A DNA stretch of 63,963 bases, the filler included, from Reclinomonas americana ATCC 50394 (taxonomy: Eukaryota), in the NCBI GenBank assembly GCA_048213135.1. It is 12 parts of 9 records of this genome, joined end to end, with 100 filler letters (N's around TTAATTAATTAA, not from the genome) between each part and the next. Parts side by side here need not be neighbours in the genome. Positions count along the whole stretch, not along the records: positions 39,745 to 43,115 come from PS015976.1; positions 43,216 to 49,758 come from PS015977.1; positions 49,859 to 53,782 come from PS015978.1; 9 more parts are not named here. One strand, 5' to 3'. The position numbers were made by a program, and so were the translations under genes. The notes under the pieces were generated by a model. The model saw only the letters and a program-made list of their open reading frames with translations, made no database searches and had not been told where the DNA came from. Below are positions 39,921 to 50,584 of the stretch, piece after piece. Numbering within the stretch: the first letter of the stretch is position 1; the number at the start of each line of letters is the position of its first letter.

Positions 39921-41732
39921 TTGCACAACCAGACGCACACGAAGGAAGAAAGGGCACCGAAGCAGACGAGATGAGCCAGAATAAATCAATCTGACCCCTC
40001 ACTTCCAAGCAACGCAACTGGAGACACCAGTCGACGACGCCGACGAGTTGTTCCCGTGCCGCCCCACGTAGTCGCGTCGATGCAATTCCGCCGCCGCCGT
40101 CGACGCTGTCGCCGTCGTGTTGATGCTGCCTGCCGACATATCCGACGGCAATGGCGGCGATCGCAGCGATTCTGTGCGCGGGATCTCTGTTGTCACTGTT
40201 GAACTGTGGCTCGCTCGGCTGTGGCCCTCGTCCATTGATGCTCCACTTGAGGAACTCTGCATGGGAGAAGGGAAGGGTGAGGGCAAGGGGAGAAGGTGGA
40301 GGAAGAAGGAAGAGGAGGAAGGTGGTGGAATGAGACAGAGGTGAAGAAGGATGAGGCGGATCAAAATGCAGGAGGCAGAGAAGAAGAGCAAGAGACAAGT
40401 GGAGGAGGGGAGCAAAACGGTGGAGACGAACGAGAGCAAGAAGATGGAGGTGAAGATGAGCAGCGATGCAAGAGGAGCAGCGATGCAAGAGAAGGCAGGG
40501 CCGAGAAGGGGCGAAGAAGGAGAAGCAGGTGCATGAGAGGAAAAAAGAAGGAGTGGAGAACAGCACCATCACGACCAACAAGACGAAAGAAAGAAAAGGT
40601 GCAATGCAAGAGACGAATGGTGCCAAGAGACCAGAAGATGGAAAGATGAGAAGGCAGATCAGAAGAGAAAACAGGTGTAGTAGGCAACGACAACCAAGAC
40701 AACGACGGAGAAGAGGGGCAACGAAAAAGCAAGAAAGGAGCAGGACCGAAAAGGTCAGAAGAAGAGTGCAGAGAAGCAGGTGCATGACGGGAACGAAAGC
40801 GTGGAGAACAGCACCATTACGACAAACAAAACGAAAGAAAGAAAAGCAGAAAAGAATAGTGCCAAAAGGCGAGGAGAGGAAGATGAAAAGATGAGAAGGT
40901 AGAGACGAGGGAGAAGCAGGAAGGAGGAAACGACAGGGTGGTGCAAGACAAGATCACGACCAAGAAGAGAAAGGAAAAGGACAGCAGCGATGCAAGAAAG
41001 GCGAAGCCGTAGATAAAGAATGCATATGAGCAAGCAGAGAAGGTGCACGAGGGGAACAGCAAGCTCAAGCCCAACAAGACAGAGGAGAGGAAAGAACAGA
41101 GAAGAAAGGGAGACAAGTGCGATCGCATCACCAAAAATCGCACCTGTAATCGCGCATTGATAGTGGCGGCGGCCGCCGACGCCGGCGTCAGGCTCCCAAC
41201 CGACGAATCCAACAGCTCCTGCTGCCCCATGGCCGCACCGACCGACGGAGCCGACGAGGAGAGCGCCGTCGACACGGAATAGGTCGACACCGAATCGACC
41301 AGCGCGTCGACATGCGGGTGCGAGTGCCATCTGAACGCACAGAGTGAGCGAGAGAGGGGGGAGAGAGAGGGAGAGAGAGAGTGAGTGCGTGAGAGAGAGT
41401 GAGTGAGTGTGTGTGAGAGAGAGAGACCGTTCGCGCTGTCCAAAGTCGTCAATCGCCTCGCCCTCATCGCCCTCCTCGAACGTCGCCGATCGATGTCGAT
41501 CATCGTCGCCTTCCTCTGTGTCGACGTCGCCGCTTCGCACTGTCCCAGTGGTGGTGTTGGTGGCGCTTGTCTGCAAGTACATGGACGATTGGAAGCGCGA
41601 AGAGGCGAGCGCAGACAACGAGGCCGACGAGGCCTCTAATGATCGATGTTGCTGGTGGCGATGGTGGTGATAGGTGTGTGACACGTCACTGGAGAGGTGG
41701 CCGCTGTCGTCGCCGTCATCGTGCGATGACAT
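22982..41732 (-). CDS. CEP192: Centrosomal protein CEP192/Spd-2 homologue: disordered N-terminus plus tandem ASH (PapD-like) domains; multi-exon, spans four assembly pieces
   Basis: C-terminal exons carry CEP192-like motifs: LPLRNAGNLPLDV, FKIPLLAWAGTAQVAL, NHGSRMAFVRA, FGEEFLRQRRR, SYTQYFVFES, FPRTKVG, PPFRVRHASVEIRPRSYVMLPVVFMP. The stop is at 22982. Ser/acidic-rich N-terminal exons lie at about 35225-37312, 38185-38806, 40000-40256, 41146-41330 and 41428-41732. Joining the N-terminal pieces across linkers is inferred from strand and continuity. Confidence 0.85.
28770..29065. repeat. Intronic 15-bp tandem repeat (GAAGAGACGGAAGGA)n, about 19 copies
   Basis: Near-perfect array inside a CEP192 intron. 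Confidence 0.85.
37555..37915. repeat. Intronic direct duplication, about 150-bp similar blocks about 205 bp apart
   Basis: TCTTGCCGCAGGTAGGAGAATGAGAAGTCT...CAGAGAACGAAGCTCGGA...GAGAAGAACAGA occurs at about 37561 and about 37767. Confidence 0.8.
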
Positions 41733-42740
41733 TGGTGGCTTTGTGTGTGAGTGTGTGTGATTGGATTTTGCGCGCCATTTTTGGGGGCGCGAGCATCGTA
41801 ACGTTCGAGTTGGTTTTTTGTGTGAACGTTTACAGTAACGCGGAGGTACAAGGGAGCAGCTTGTATAGTCCACACAGGAAGAACAAGGAAATCGACACTT
41901 TGAATGCGTACGAGCGCAGAAGAAATAGAATTGGCGTTCAAGATCGAGATGCGCTGCGAATTTGAATTCCACGTATAGTATGCGCTGCGCGCACCGTGCT
42001 CTGACAAGCGTCGGTCCGGAAACACGTCACTCGCAGCAGCTTTTCCCAGAAACTGCAATCGCGATCACGCACGTCGACGTCTGCTATCGAGATCTTTTCG
42101 AATTCGATTCCGGAAGTCAGCTTGCTGCATACGCATCGCGATCGAGCGCGCTTGCGCGACAGCGCAGCGTCCGGGCATGAGCAGTGCTGCCTGACACCTC
42201 CTGGTCGCCAGGTGAGCATAGTACTCGATTCCAAGCCTTCTCAAGGAAAGAAAACGCTCGCGAGAAAATCGAATTCAAAATGGGGAACTGGCGTTGCGAA
42301 ATTCACGGTCGAAGAAAGCGTTCCCTGACTAGGTGGGGCTGGGTAGAAGCGATAGACAACCTTGCGTGCAGGGGCCATCCCGTCAGCCTATCCAAACGCA
42401 AAAATTGGCTTGACCGAAAACACAGTTCGCAATCATGGTCTGTGCGGCTGCCAAAATTCGCTAACAGGCTCCAGTGAGAAGAGCTACCAAGGCTCGCCAG
42501 CACTCTGCAGTGGCTCCAGATCCGCTACCGTACGCCGTTTTTCTCATGCAGAATTCGAATTCAAAGAAGTTCAAATTTTCCTTCGCCTCTACTCTCCCTG
42601 CGCACCCCACCAGCAGGCGATCAGAAACAACAGTCATACGATATCGCCACCCCAAAAAACAGGCTTTGTACAGCAACTTGAACCGTCCATCGGTCGACCG
42701 ACACAGACCGTGGATTCGAAACGTCGAAGTGTGAGTGCGA
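41733..42740. promoter_or_regulatory. Probable divergent promoter region between CEP192 (-) and a + strand gene; clustered TTYGAA motifs
   Basis: Largely microsatellite-free, CpG-rich segment between the CEP192 ATG and a + strand transcript with an acceptor at about 43046. It has eight TTTGAA/TTCGAA/TTCAAA hexamers. Confidence 0.45.
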
Positions 42741-43301
42741 AGACGGGGTTTGCTCACACACACACACACACACTCCTCCAATTACACCTCGTCGAGCAAG
42801 CACACACGCACACACACACAGTCGTGAGTGAGCAAGTGTGGTTGGTGTGTGTTGCCGCGACGACAAGTGTGTGCAATTTCGCACACTTACACACGCGCAC
42901 TCACTCTCTTTCACTCTCTTTCTCTGTGTGCCTGTGTGAGCAAGTGTCTATGTGTGAGAGAAGAGCGCGCCACGCACAGGACAACCCATCACGATCGCAT
43001 TTTTCTTCTCATTCTGTCTCTCTCTCTCTGTCTGTGTGTTTGACAGGGAGCACACACACCATTCAGTGGCGGCGGTGGGCGGCGACTTACATAACAGCAT
43101 CTACATCAACATCGTNNNNNNNNNNNNNNNNNNNNNNNNNNNNNNNNNNNNNNNNNNNNTTAATTAATTAANNNNNNNNNNNNNNNNNNNNNNNNNNNNN
43201 NNNNNNNNNNNNNNNCGTTACGTTACCGTTTCCGTTCGTTCTACTTACTTACGTTCGTCCGTACCTACCTACTACTTACTACTCTACTCTTCTCTACACG
43301 A

Positions 43302-43368
<67 letters not shown>

Positions 43369-43665
43369 GTGTGTTTCTCTCCTCCTTCCCTCTCGCTTCC
43401 CCTTCACTCTTTCCTCCTCTGCCTTCCCTCCCTATACATTCACACCCTTGTTCTTCTCTCTTCCCCCTTTCCCTCTTTCTCATTCTCTTCACCCTTTCCT
43501 CTTCTCCCTTCCCCTCCCTTTACGTCCACACCCTTGCCCTTCTCTCTCTTCCCCCTCTTTCCCCCTCCCTTCCCCTTCTCTCCCCTTCTCTCTTCCCGCT
43601 CTTCTCCTTCCCACTTTCTTCCCCTTCCCCTCCCTTCCCCTATTGACCCTTCCCCTCCTACCCAG

Positions 43666-43831
43666 AATCATGGAGAGCGGCCAGCCTGCAAGGGCCGCCG
43701 CCGACGCTCTCATCCACTGCGCCTCGAAGAACCGCGAAGGCTCAGGTGGTGACAACGTAACATGTGTCGTGGCCTTCCTGCACTGGTCGGACTCGTCGGC
43801 GGAAGTGGGTGCCGCCTCAGGATCACGTTGA
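43666..43831 (+). CDS. Last exon of a PP2C (PPM-family) Ser/Thr phosphatase
   Basis: After a polypyrimidine tract and cccag it encodes ..AAADALIHCASKNREGSGGDNVTCVVAFL..*, the PP2C C-terminal GSxDNxTxxVV motif. Confidence 0.8.
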
Positions 43832-44179
43832 GGGAACGTGTGTGTGGATGTGGTTCTGTGTGTGGCCGCTGTCGCTTCTTATTCTTCTCGTTCTTGAGGG
43901 TGGCTGCTGGTGTTTTTCATGTTTTTTTAGTTTGCTATTCGGCGCCGTGCTGTGATTGGTCTGCCCTGTCTGTCTTGTGCGTATCTGTGTGTGCGTGGGC
44001 CGCGGTCGTGGTCGTTTCTGTCGTGTCTTTGTGTCCTCCTTTGTTGTGCATAACAAACCTCTCTCCCTTCTCTCCATGAAAACCTCTGTCCTCTTCTTCT
44101 TTCTCTTCTCCTCCTTGTGATTCTGGAAAAAACATGAATGAACGCGACTGCGGCGGTGTACAAGCGGATGCTGGTAAGG

Positions 44180-44390
44180 GATTGCTCAGGTTATGTTGGT
44201 CCACAGTCACTACCGACTGTTGCCGTTCGGGGCTGTCGTTTGCAGCACAGGTCTTGTTGAGAGGGGGTCCACAGAACACACCGATTGCTGCCGTTCAGGG
44301 CTGTCGTTTGCAGTGCCGTTCTCTCGCTCAGGTCTTGTTGAGAGGGGTCCACAGTCAACACCGACTGCCGCCGTTCAGGGCTGCTGTTAT
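44180..44390. repeat. Intergenic tandem repeat, about 70-80 bp unit, about 2.7 copies
   Basis: GGTCCACAG...CCGACTG..GCCGTTC.GGGCTG..GTTTGCAG...CAGGTCTTGTTGAGAGGGG repeats at about 44198, 44266 and 44346. Confidence 0.8.
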
Positions 44391-44630
44391 GTTGCTTCTT
44401 TGGATGCGTTGGATGTGTATGGGGACTGTTCATGATAATGTTGTTGCTGAGTGCTTAGAGACAGACAAGAGAGTGAGAGACTGCTCGCTTGCACACACGC
44501 GCCGATGCACTTCTCCTCGCACTTTCTCTGTGTATTTGCCGCCGACGAGAGCCGTTTCCTCCTTTCCCCCGTCCGACCGACCAATTGCAGCTCCATCCAC
44601 TCTTCACTCCCTTTTCCCCTTCCCCCCTCG

Positions 44631-47600
44631 ATGAGTTGGCGCCTCCTCCACCCTGCCACCCCAGCGCCGAGTCCACGCCGCGCCCACTCCATGGTGGTGT
44701 GCGAGAGCCGCCTGTATGTCTTTGGCGGCTTTGATCACCAGCACGGCGCACTGTCGGACTTGTACTCGCTGGATCTGGAGAGCAAGGAGTGGACGCGCTA
44801 TGACAACACGCGTGGCAATGGTCCGACCGCGCGCTTTGATCACGCGTCGTTTGCGGTCGGGCATCAGCTGTACGTGTTTGGCGGAGTCAGTCGCGCGAAT
44901 CGCATTCTCGACGACTTGTTTGTGTTCAACACTAGTGCGTACACTACTTCTCTATGTGTGTGCGTGAGGAGAGGAGGAAGGGGAGGAGAGAAGCACAGTG
45001 TTGTGTTGGCGCCCATTCGATGCGTTTCATCTTGTAAACTGACTCGACTGACTCTCTCATTCTCGCGCAGTGACTTGTCGGTGGAGGCGCATCCACCGCG
45101 ATTCGGTGATTGGCACAGTGCCGCACTTGGCTGGCTGTGTTGCGTCGCTCTTTTGCATTCATCCTCTATCTCATTGTGATTGCTCAAATACTGTCCGTTT
45201 ATTCAAATCACAGGCCGTCGCTCGTGTCGGCACCTGTGTGTATCTCTTTGGCGGCTGCAACGGCGACAGTGACGAGCTGGAGAACGTATTGTATGTGTTC
45301 GACTCGCTGGCCGAGAGTTTCTCCACCATTGCTCCGCGTGGCCTGGTCAGTTTCTCCCTCCCCGTGTGCATCACCTTCGTCAGTCCCTCACAGAGCCTTT
45401 GTTGATGATAAACAGATGCCCTCACCACGCACTGGCTGCGGATGTGCTGTCGTCGGCAACTTGATCTACTTTTTCGGTGGCGAGACCGCCAATGGCGTCT
45501 CCAACGAGCTGTTTGTGTACGACATCAAGTCCAACTTTTTCAGCGGTCTCTCCACGCAGACGCTGGTGTGTGCCACCTCTGTCTCCCTCTTCTTCTCCTT
45601 CTCCTCCTCCACCTTTTCTTGTTCTTCTTCTTCTTCTTGTTGTTCTTCTTCTTCTTCTTCTTGTTCATCTCCTACCTATTTGTTCCTCCTGCGCCCCTTC
45701 ATCGTTCTTCTTCTCTCCTTATCCTTCCCCTTCTTCTGTTCTTCTTCTTCTTCTTCTTCGTGTTCTTGTTCTTCTCCTCCTCCTCCTCCTCCTCCTCCTC
45801 CTCCTCCTCCTCCTTCATTCTTCTCCTTCTTCTCTTTCTTCTTCTTCCTCTCTTCCTCCTCCTTCTTGTTCTTGTTCTTCGTCTTCTTGGTCTGCTTCCC
45901 CTTCTCCTCCTTCTCCTCCTCCTCACCATTCCCTCCCTGCAGGTTTCACCTCGCTCCGATGCCTCACTTCTGTCGATTGGTCGCCGACTGGTGCTGGTCG
46001 GCGGGCGCGACAAGGACGGCAACGTGCTGAACGAGGTGTTGTATGCGCATACCGACACGCTCAACTGGACCTCCGTGTCGCTGCTCGTCACCGAGGAGGC
46101 CAGACGCGCCGAGGCGGAGGCCGAGAACCTGGTGGCATCGTCGGCGCCCACCCCGATTCTGCCCAGCATTCCTCCACTCGTGCATCACGCAGCGTGCGTG
46201 TCGCCGACTGTGGCTCATCTCGTTGTGGTGTTTGGTGGCGAGTTGCGTGGAGTGGTGCGCGTGAGAAATGCCAGGATGACAACTCACCAAGATTGGTCAC
46301 AGAGCTCCCAACAAGGAAATGCTGAACACCTGTTACATTGGCGATCTGGCCGCCGTAACTCGGCGACAGCCCTCCGCTCACCGACTCAAGGCACAGCCTG
46401 GTGACGTATGATTCCACACACAACCTTTCTTTTTTACGAGCAGCTTTGCTGACAACTCCTCACAGTCGTGTCCGGTCTCCTTCCACGCTTGAAACTGGCC
46501 ACGTCCGCCGCTGCTCCCCCGGGCCCGCCGCCCGCAGCCGGCAGGTCCTCCCGCTCGAATCGTTCTGGTTCCATGCTGGTCTTTTCTGTGCGCCCACCCA
46601 CACCAAGGAAAAGGTGAGTGGAGTGACATGCTTTGCGAAAAGATCATCGACTGACTGTTTATTGTCGGCAGTGGGGGCGACATCGCCGCAGCTCCGAGTG
46701 CTGCTGCCAAGCCGGCCGCCTCACTGCAAGGCACGTGTCTTTCTGCACCCGCAGTATCACGCTGCCCTCCTGCTCACCTGCCTCGCGCAGTCTTGAAACA
46801 AGCCGTTGCGTCAGCCACCGGACTGCGGGAACCAGAAGTTATTCATCGCGCCACGGCCGTATCGTCGCCTTCGTCGCCACGCAAGGGTGCAGAGACGAGT
46901 GCGCCAACACTAACACTAAGTCTGCTCTCCCTCGATGATGCCACTCCCGCCTCACCCACCAACTCGTGGTGGAAAAAGGGGAAGAAAGGTTACGCGCGTT
47001 GCCATTTCCTTTTCTACACTCCAACGCTGACACGCAACCACAGCACGTCCCGGTTCCGCCAACCCCTCAACGCCGAGCCAGGCGGCGGCTACCACTGCCT
47101 CCTCCACGGGATCACCCACGGCAACGCAAGCCTCGTCTGGAGGAATGCACTTGGCAAATGACGGCTTCGGCTCCATCGGTGAGCTCCACGCCTTCTCTCT
47201 CACATCAACCACCACCCTCGCTCACTCGTGTCTCGTGCTCCCAGGACGCCGTTCATCCGTCTTCATGGAGCGCAGGTGGCGGCTGGCGGGTGCACGACGA
47301 TGGTTCGCAAAGAGAAGTTCACCAGAACCGCGGTCACCATCGCCGCCACCCGAGAAGGATGCCCTCCCACATCAGCGGTCGTGGTCCGTATTCCCGCCCG
47401 TCGTCCTGGCGGCTTCCACACCATCAAAGTCGGCTGCTCCCCCGGCGGCCGCAGATCAGGCAGCCTCGAGTTCGGAACCGTCGCCGGATCGTCGCCGGCA
47501 TCCTCGCATGTCGCTCGCCGTGAACAAACTGATGGAGAAGCATCAGCAGGCCGCGCAGGAGTTTACCGAGGAACTTGAGCATGTGCCGGTGTACGCCGGC

Positions 47601-48639
47601 TCCTTCAAGCTGTACGTCGCCGCAGATCGCCGCTTTGACCAGTTTCTGCAGGACCTCGCCGAGTATCACAAGGAGAGAGAGCGGGCGGAGAAGGTGAGCA
47701 GCGGTGGAAAGGGAATGGAAAGGGAAAGGAAGACTCACTGAAAAACGCAGCAACGACACATTGAGGCGGCCATGAAACGCAGCGGAGTGCGGCATTCGGT
47801 GGTCGGTGGCAAGGGAGTTGCGTGGCTTGGTGATGCAGGGCTAAAAGGGTATGTTAAACTTAATTCCAAAAAAACAGGACGGTCCACGGCTGTCCAACGA
47901 TCGCAACTCAATGAGTGGTCGAGTGCGGCGCGACACTCTGGGCCCGTCCGAGACAGCTGTGTCGTTGCGTCATTCCTTGGCAACCACTAGCCCACACCAA
48001 CCTTGCTCAATCCCTCCTTCATCTCCTTCAGTGGTCGCAGTCGCAGCTCGAGCAGGGTGGGATCGCGTGCGCCAAGCGCCGGCGCCAAGACACACGCCGT
48101 GGTGCTGCGCGATCTGGCCAAGCGCTCGCAGGAACTCATCGTGCAGGAGCCGTGGCGCGACGACTTTGCCTCGCGCCGGCGACGCGAGGCCGAGACGCAC
48201 AACACGACGGCGATTGACGAGTCGGACCCGTCGATTGCGGCCGGCGTGCAGCTGGGCATCGACAAGGAGCTGCTCATTGACTTGGCGGGTGAGACGCTGC
48301 CGGGAGCCGGTCAGCACGTGGCCGCCTTGCTGTCGACCGTCGGCAACGACGACCAGCTGCTGAAGGCGGAGCGCGCGCGCTTCAATCTCACGCGACACAG
48401 TCAGCCGCCGCTGCAGCCGCACGAGATTCCAGCGCCCGCGGACGATGTCGATGGTGAGGAGGTGACGGTGGTGCCGGTGGTGGCTCCCACGGCGCCCAAG
48501 TTGCCGCGCATCAGGCACAAGATGGTGGGCAGTTCGCATGGGACCTCGGTGTTTGGGTATGGGACGGGGATTGGTGCGAGGGCGAGGTATCGAGCGGTGC
48601 CCCCGCCGGATGTCATGCCCCCGCCGCTGAGACCAACAG
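44631..48639 (+). CDS. Kelch-repeat (beta-propeller) protein with low-complexity linker and helical C-terminal region; 3' end missing
   Basis: ATG at 44631. Kelch repeats PSPRRAHS..LYVFGG, PTARFDH..LYVFGG, VYLFGG, PSPRTGC..IYFFGG, LVLVGG and VVVFGG are spread over GT-AG exons. The last visible donor is at 48640. Confidence 0.85.
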
Positions 48640-49959
48640 GTAGGCAAAGGGAAGGAGAAGGGGAAGGAGAAGGGGAAGGGGAAGGGGAAGAGGGGGAAGG
48701 GGGGGGGAGAGGGGAAGGGAGGATAAGGGGAAGGGAGGGGATAAGGAGGAAGGGTGGTGAGGGGAAGGAGAGAGAGGGGAAGGGGAAGAAGGGGAAGGGG
48801 AGAGAGGGGAAGTGGAGAGGGGAATGGAAAAGAGGGGAAGGGCAGAAATGGGAAGGGAGGAAGGGGAAGAGAGGAGGGAGGAGGATGGAGGGGGAAGGGA
48901 AGATAGGAAGGCAAGAAGAGCGAGTGATGTACAATGTGGGAAGTGAGAGCAAGACGAAGAAGACATGGAGGGAGGAGATGTGGCCTACAATTAAGGAAGG
49001 CAGAGAAGGACACATAGAATGGTTGGAGAGAACGAGCACTGAGCAGAATCAGAGGCAAAACGAAGGAGGATGGCGGCGAAGTCGAAGAAAGGAAGTTGGT
49101 GAGCATGAATGACACGGGAGACATCAGAAGGAGGATAAAGTAGGGGAATGAGCAACAAGGACATGTTCGAAGAGTGAAGGCTCGTATTTGAAGGCAAGAG
49201 AGAGATGGGGAGAGAGTTGAAAACGTTGGAACAGCAGAGGAACGAGGAGGGTAGTGGAGAACGAGAGACTGAGGGCAAGGGGTACGATAAAGATGAGCAG
49301 CGGACGGGAAGAAGGAGCAGAAGAAGAAAGGGGCATTGAGATGGGGAAGGGAGGAAGGAAGCAATTTGATAGAAAGCAAAGAAGACGGAAGATGACAGAA
49401 GGACGGGAGCGGACAAGTCAGTGACATACTGAAACAACAAGAAAGATGCATCGCATTGTCAGAAGAGCGCAAACGGTGCAACAGAGAAAAACGTGGGGGA
49501 GAAGAGAACAGTGAGGGGAAGGGGAAAGGGAAGGGGACATGTTCGGAAGGCGGCGAAAGAAGAGGATGGAGGTACTCGTTCCTCTCTCCCTCTCTCTCTG
49601 TCTCACTGCCTCTCTCTCTCTCTCATTCTCTCTAGCTTTCTCTCTCTCTCTCTCTCTCTCTACTACTAACCTACTCCTACCCTACCTACTCCTACCTACT
49701 CGACCACGACGACCGTACGGTAGTAACTACCGTAAGGTCGGCCCGGACCTACGTCCGTNNNNNNNNNNNNNNNNNNNNNNNNNNNNNNNNNNNNNNNNNN
49801 NNTTAATTAATTAANNNNNNNNNNNNNNNNNNNNNNNNNNNNNNNNNNNNNNNNNNNNTGCTTCGCCTCCTCTACTCATCTTCGGTAGCAGTACATGGTG
49901 GTTCGAGTCAAGGACTAGAAAATAATGTTTCACTCTTCAAGTATCATTGTCGACAACAA

Positions 49960-50181
49960 ATGGCATCTGCCGCCGACCTCGTCCATGTGCACGCCAGTCA
50001 TATTGATATGCACCAGTTTCGGTTCAAGTGTCCGTTTTGTCCAAGGAGGGCTATACATAGGCATGGAAGTGGAGGCGACCTCTCGAACAGGGAAGAGATG
50101 CGAGGATACCATTGCCATCCCCGGTACAATGACAAGACATTCATGGTCCACATCACTGACCAAACGATCCGGATGACTTGA
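49960..50181 (+). CDS. Small putative Zn-binding viral-type protein (CPFC...HRHGS...HC), 73 aa
   Basis: ATG in ACAACAAATG context with TATCA 13 nt upstream. It has a CxxC motif plus His/Cys ligands. Confidence 0.55.
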   Translation: MASAADLVHVHASHIDMHQFRFKCPFCPRRAIHRHGSGGDLSNREEMRGYHCHPRYNDKTFMVHITDQTIRMT

Positions 50182-50536
50182 CCGCGGAATACGAGCGACG
50201 ATGATAAAGCTTGATGTCGCCAGCCTCCTTTCTCGCCCTCTTCTCTGCCAGCCTTGAGAGTATGTCCTCGCCATCAAGGCCTGGCACCTCTTGGATGCAT
50301 TCGGCCACCAGCGCCTCGTCCAGTCTTCTCGTCTTCATTTGGGTGGCAAGAGAAAAGGTGCCGAAGGTTCCGGCATGCACATCTTCCAGCCCCTGTTGAA
50401 GCATCCAGGTCTGAATCACCTCCATGGCGTCCTCCTGGGCATCCTTCAGTCGTCGCTTGTCCTCTGCGGCCTCCTTCAGCCTTTGCTTGAGCTCACAGAA
50501 CTGGCGGCAGGCGTCCATGACGTGATCGGGAAGCAT
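50153..50536 (-). CDS. DUF5760-like protein (giant-virus-associated family), 127 aa
   Basis: An N-terminal coiled coil (ELKQRLKEAAEDKRRLKDAQ), then IQTWMLQQGLEDVH, G-x-F-x-L-x3-KTRRLDE and a C-terminal helix, which matches my recollection of the DUF5760 pattern. The leader is AT-rich and contains TATCA. Confidence 0.55.
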   Translation of the reverse strand: MLPDHVMDACRQFCELKQRLKEAAEDKRRLKDAQEDAMEVIQTWMLQQGLEDVHAGTFGTFSLATQMKTRRLDEALVAECIQEVPGLDGEDILSRLAEKRARKEAGDIKLYHRRSYSAVKSSGSFGQ

Positions 50537-50584
50537 TTTCGTTTTGGGTTGATATTATAATAAAGAAAAGAATTTATTCGCTCA

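Noticed and set aside
41760..42740. Possible tRNA or other ncRNA in the intergenic region
   Set aside because: No cloverleaf, T-loop or snoRNA box pattern could be identified by eye.
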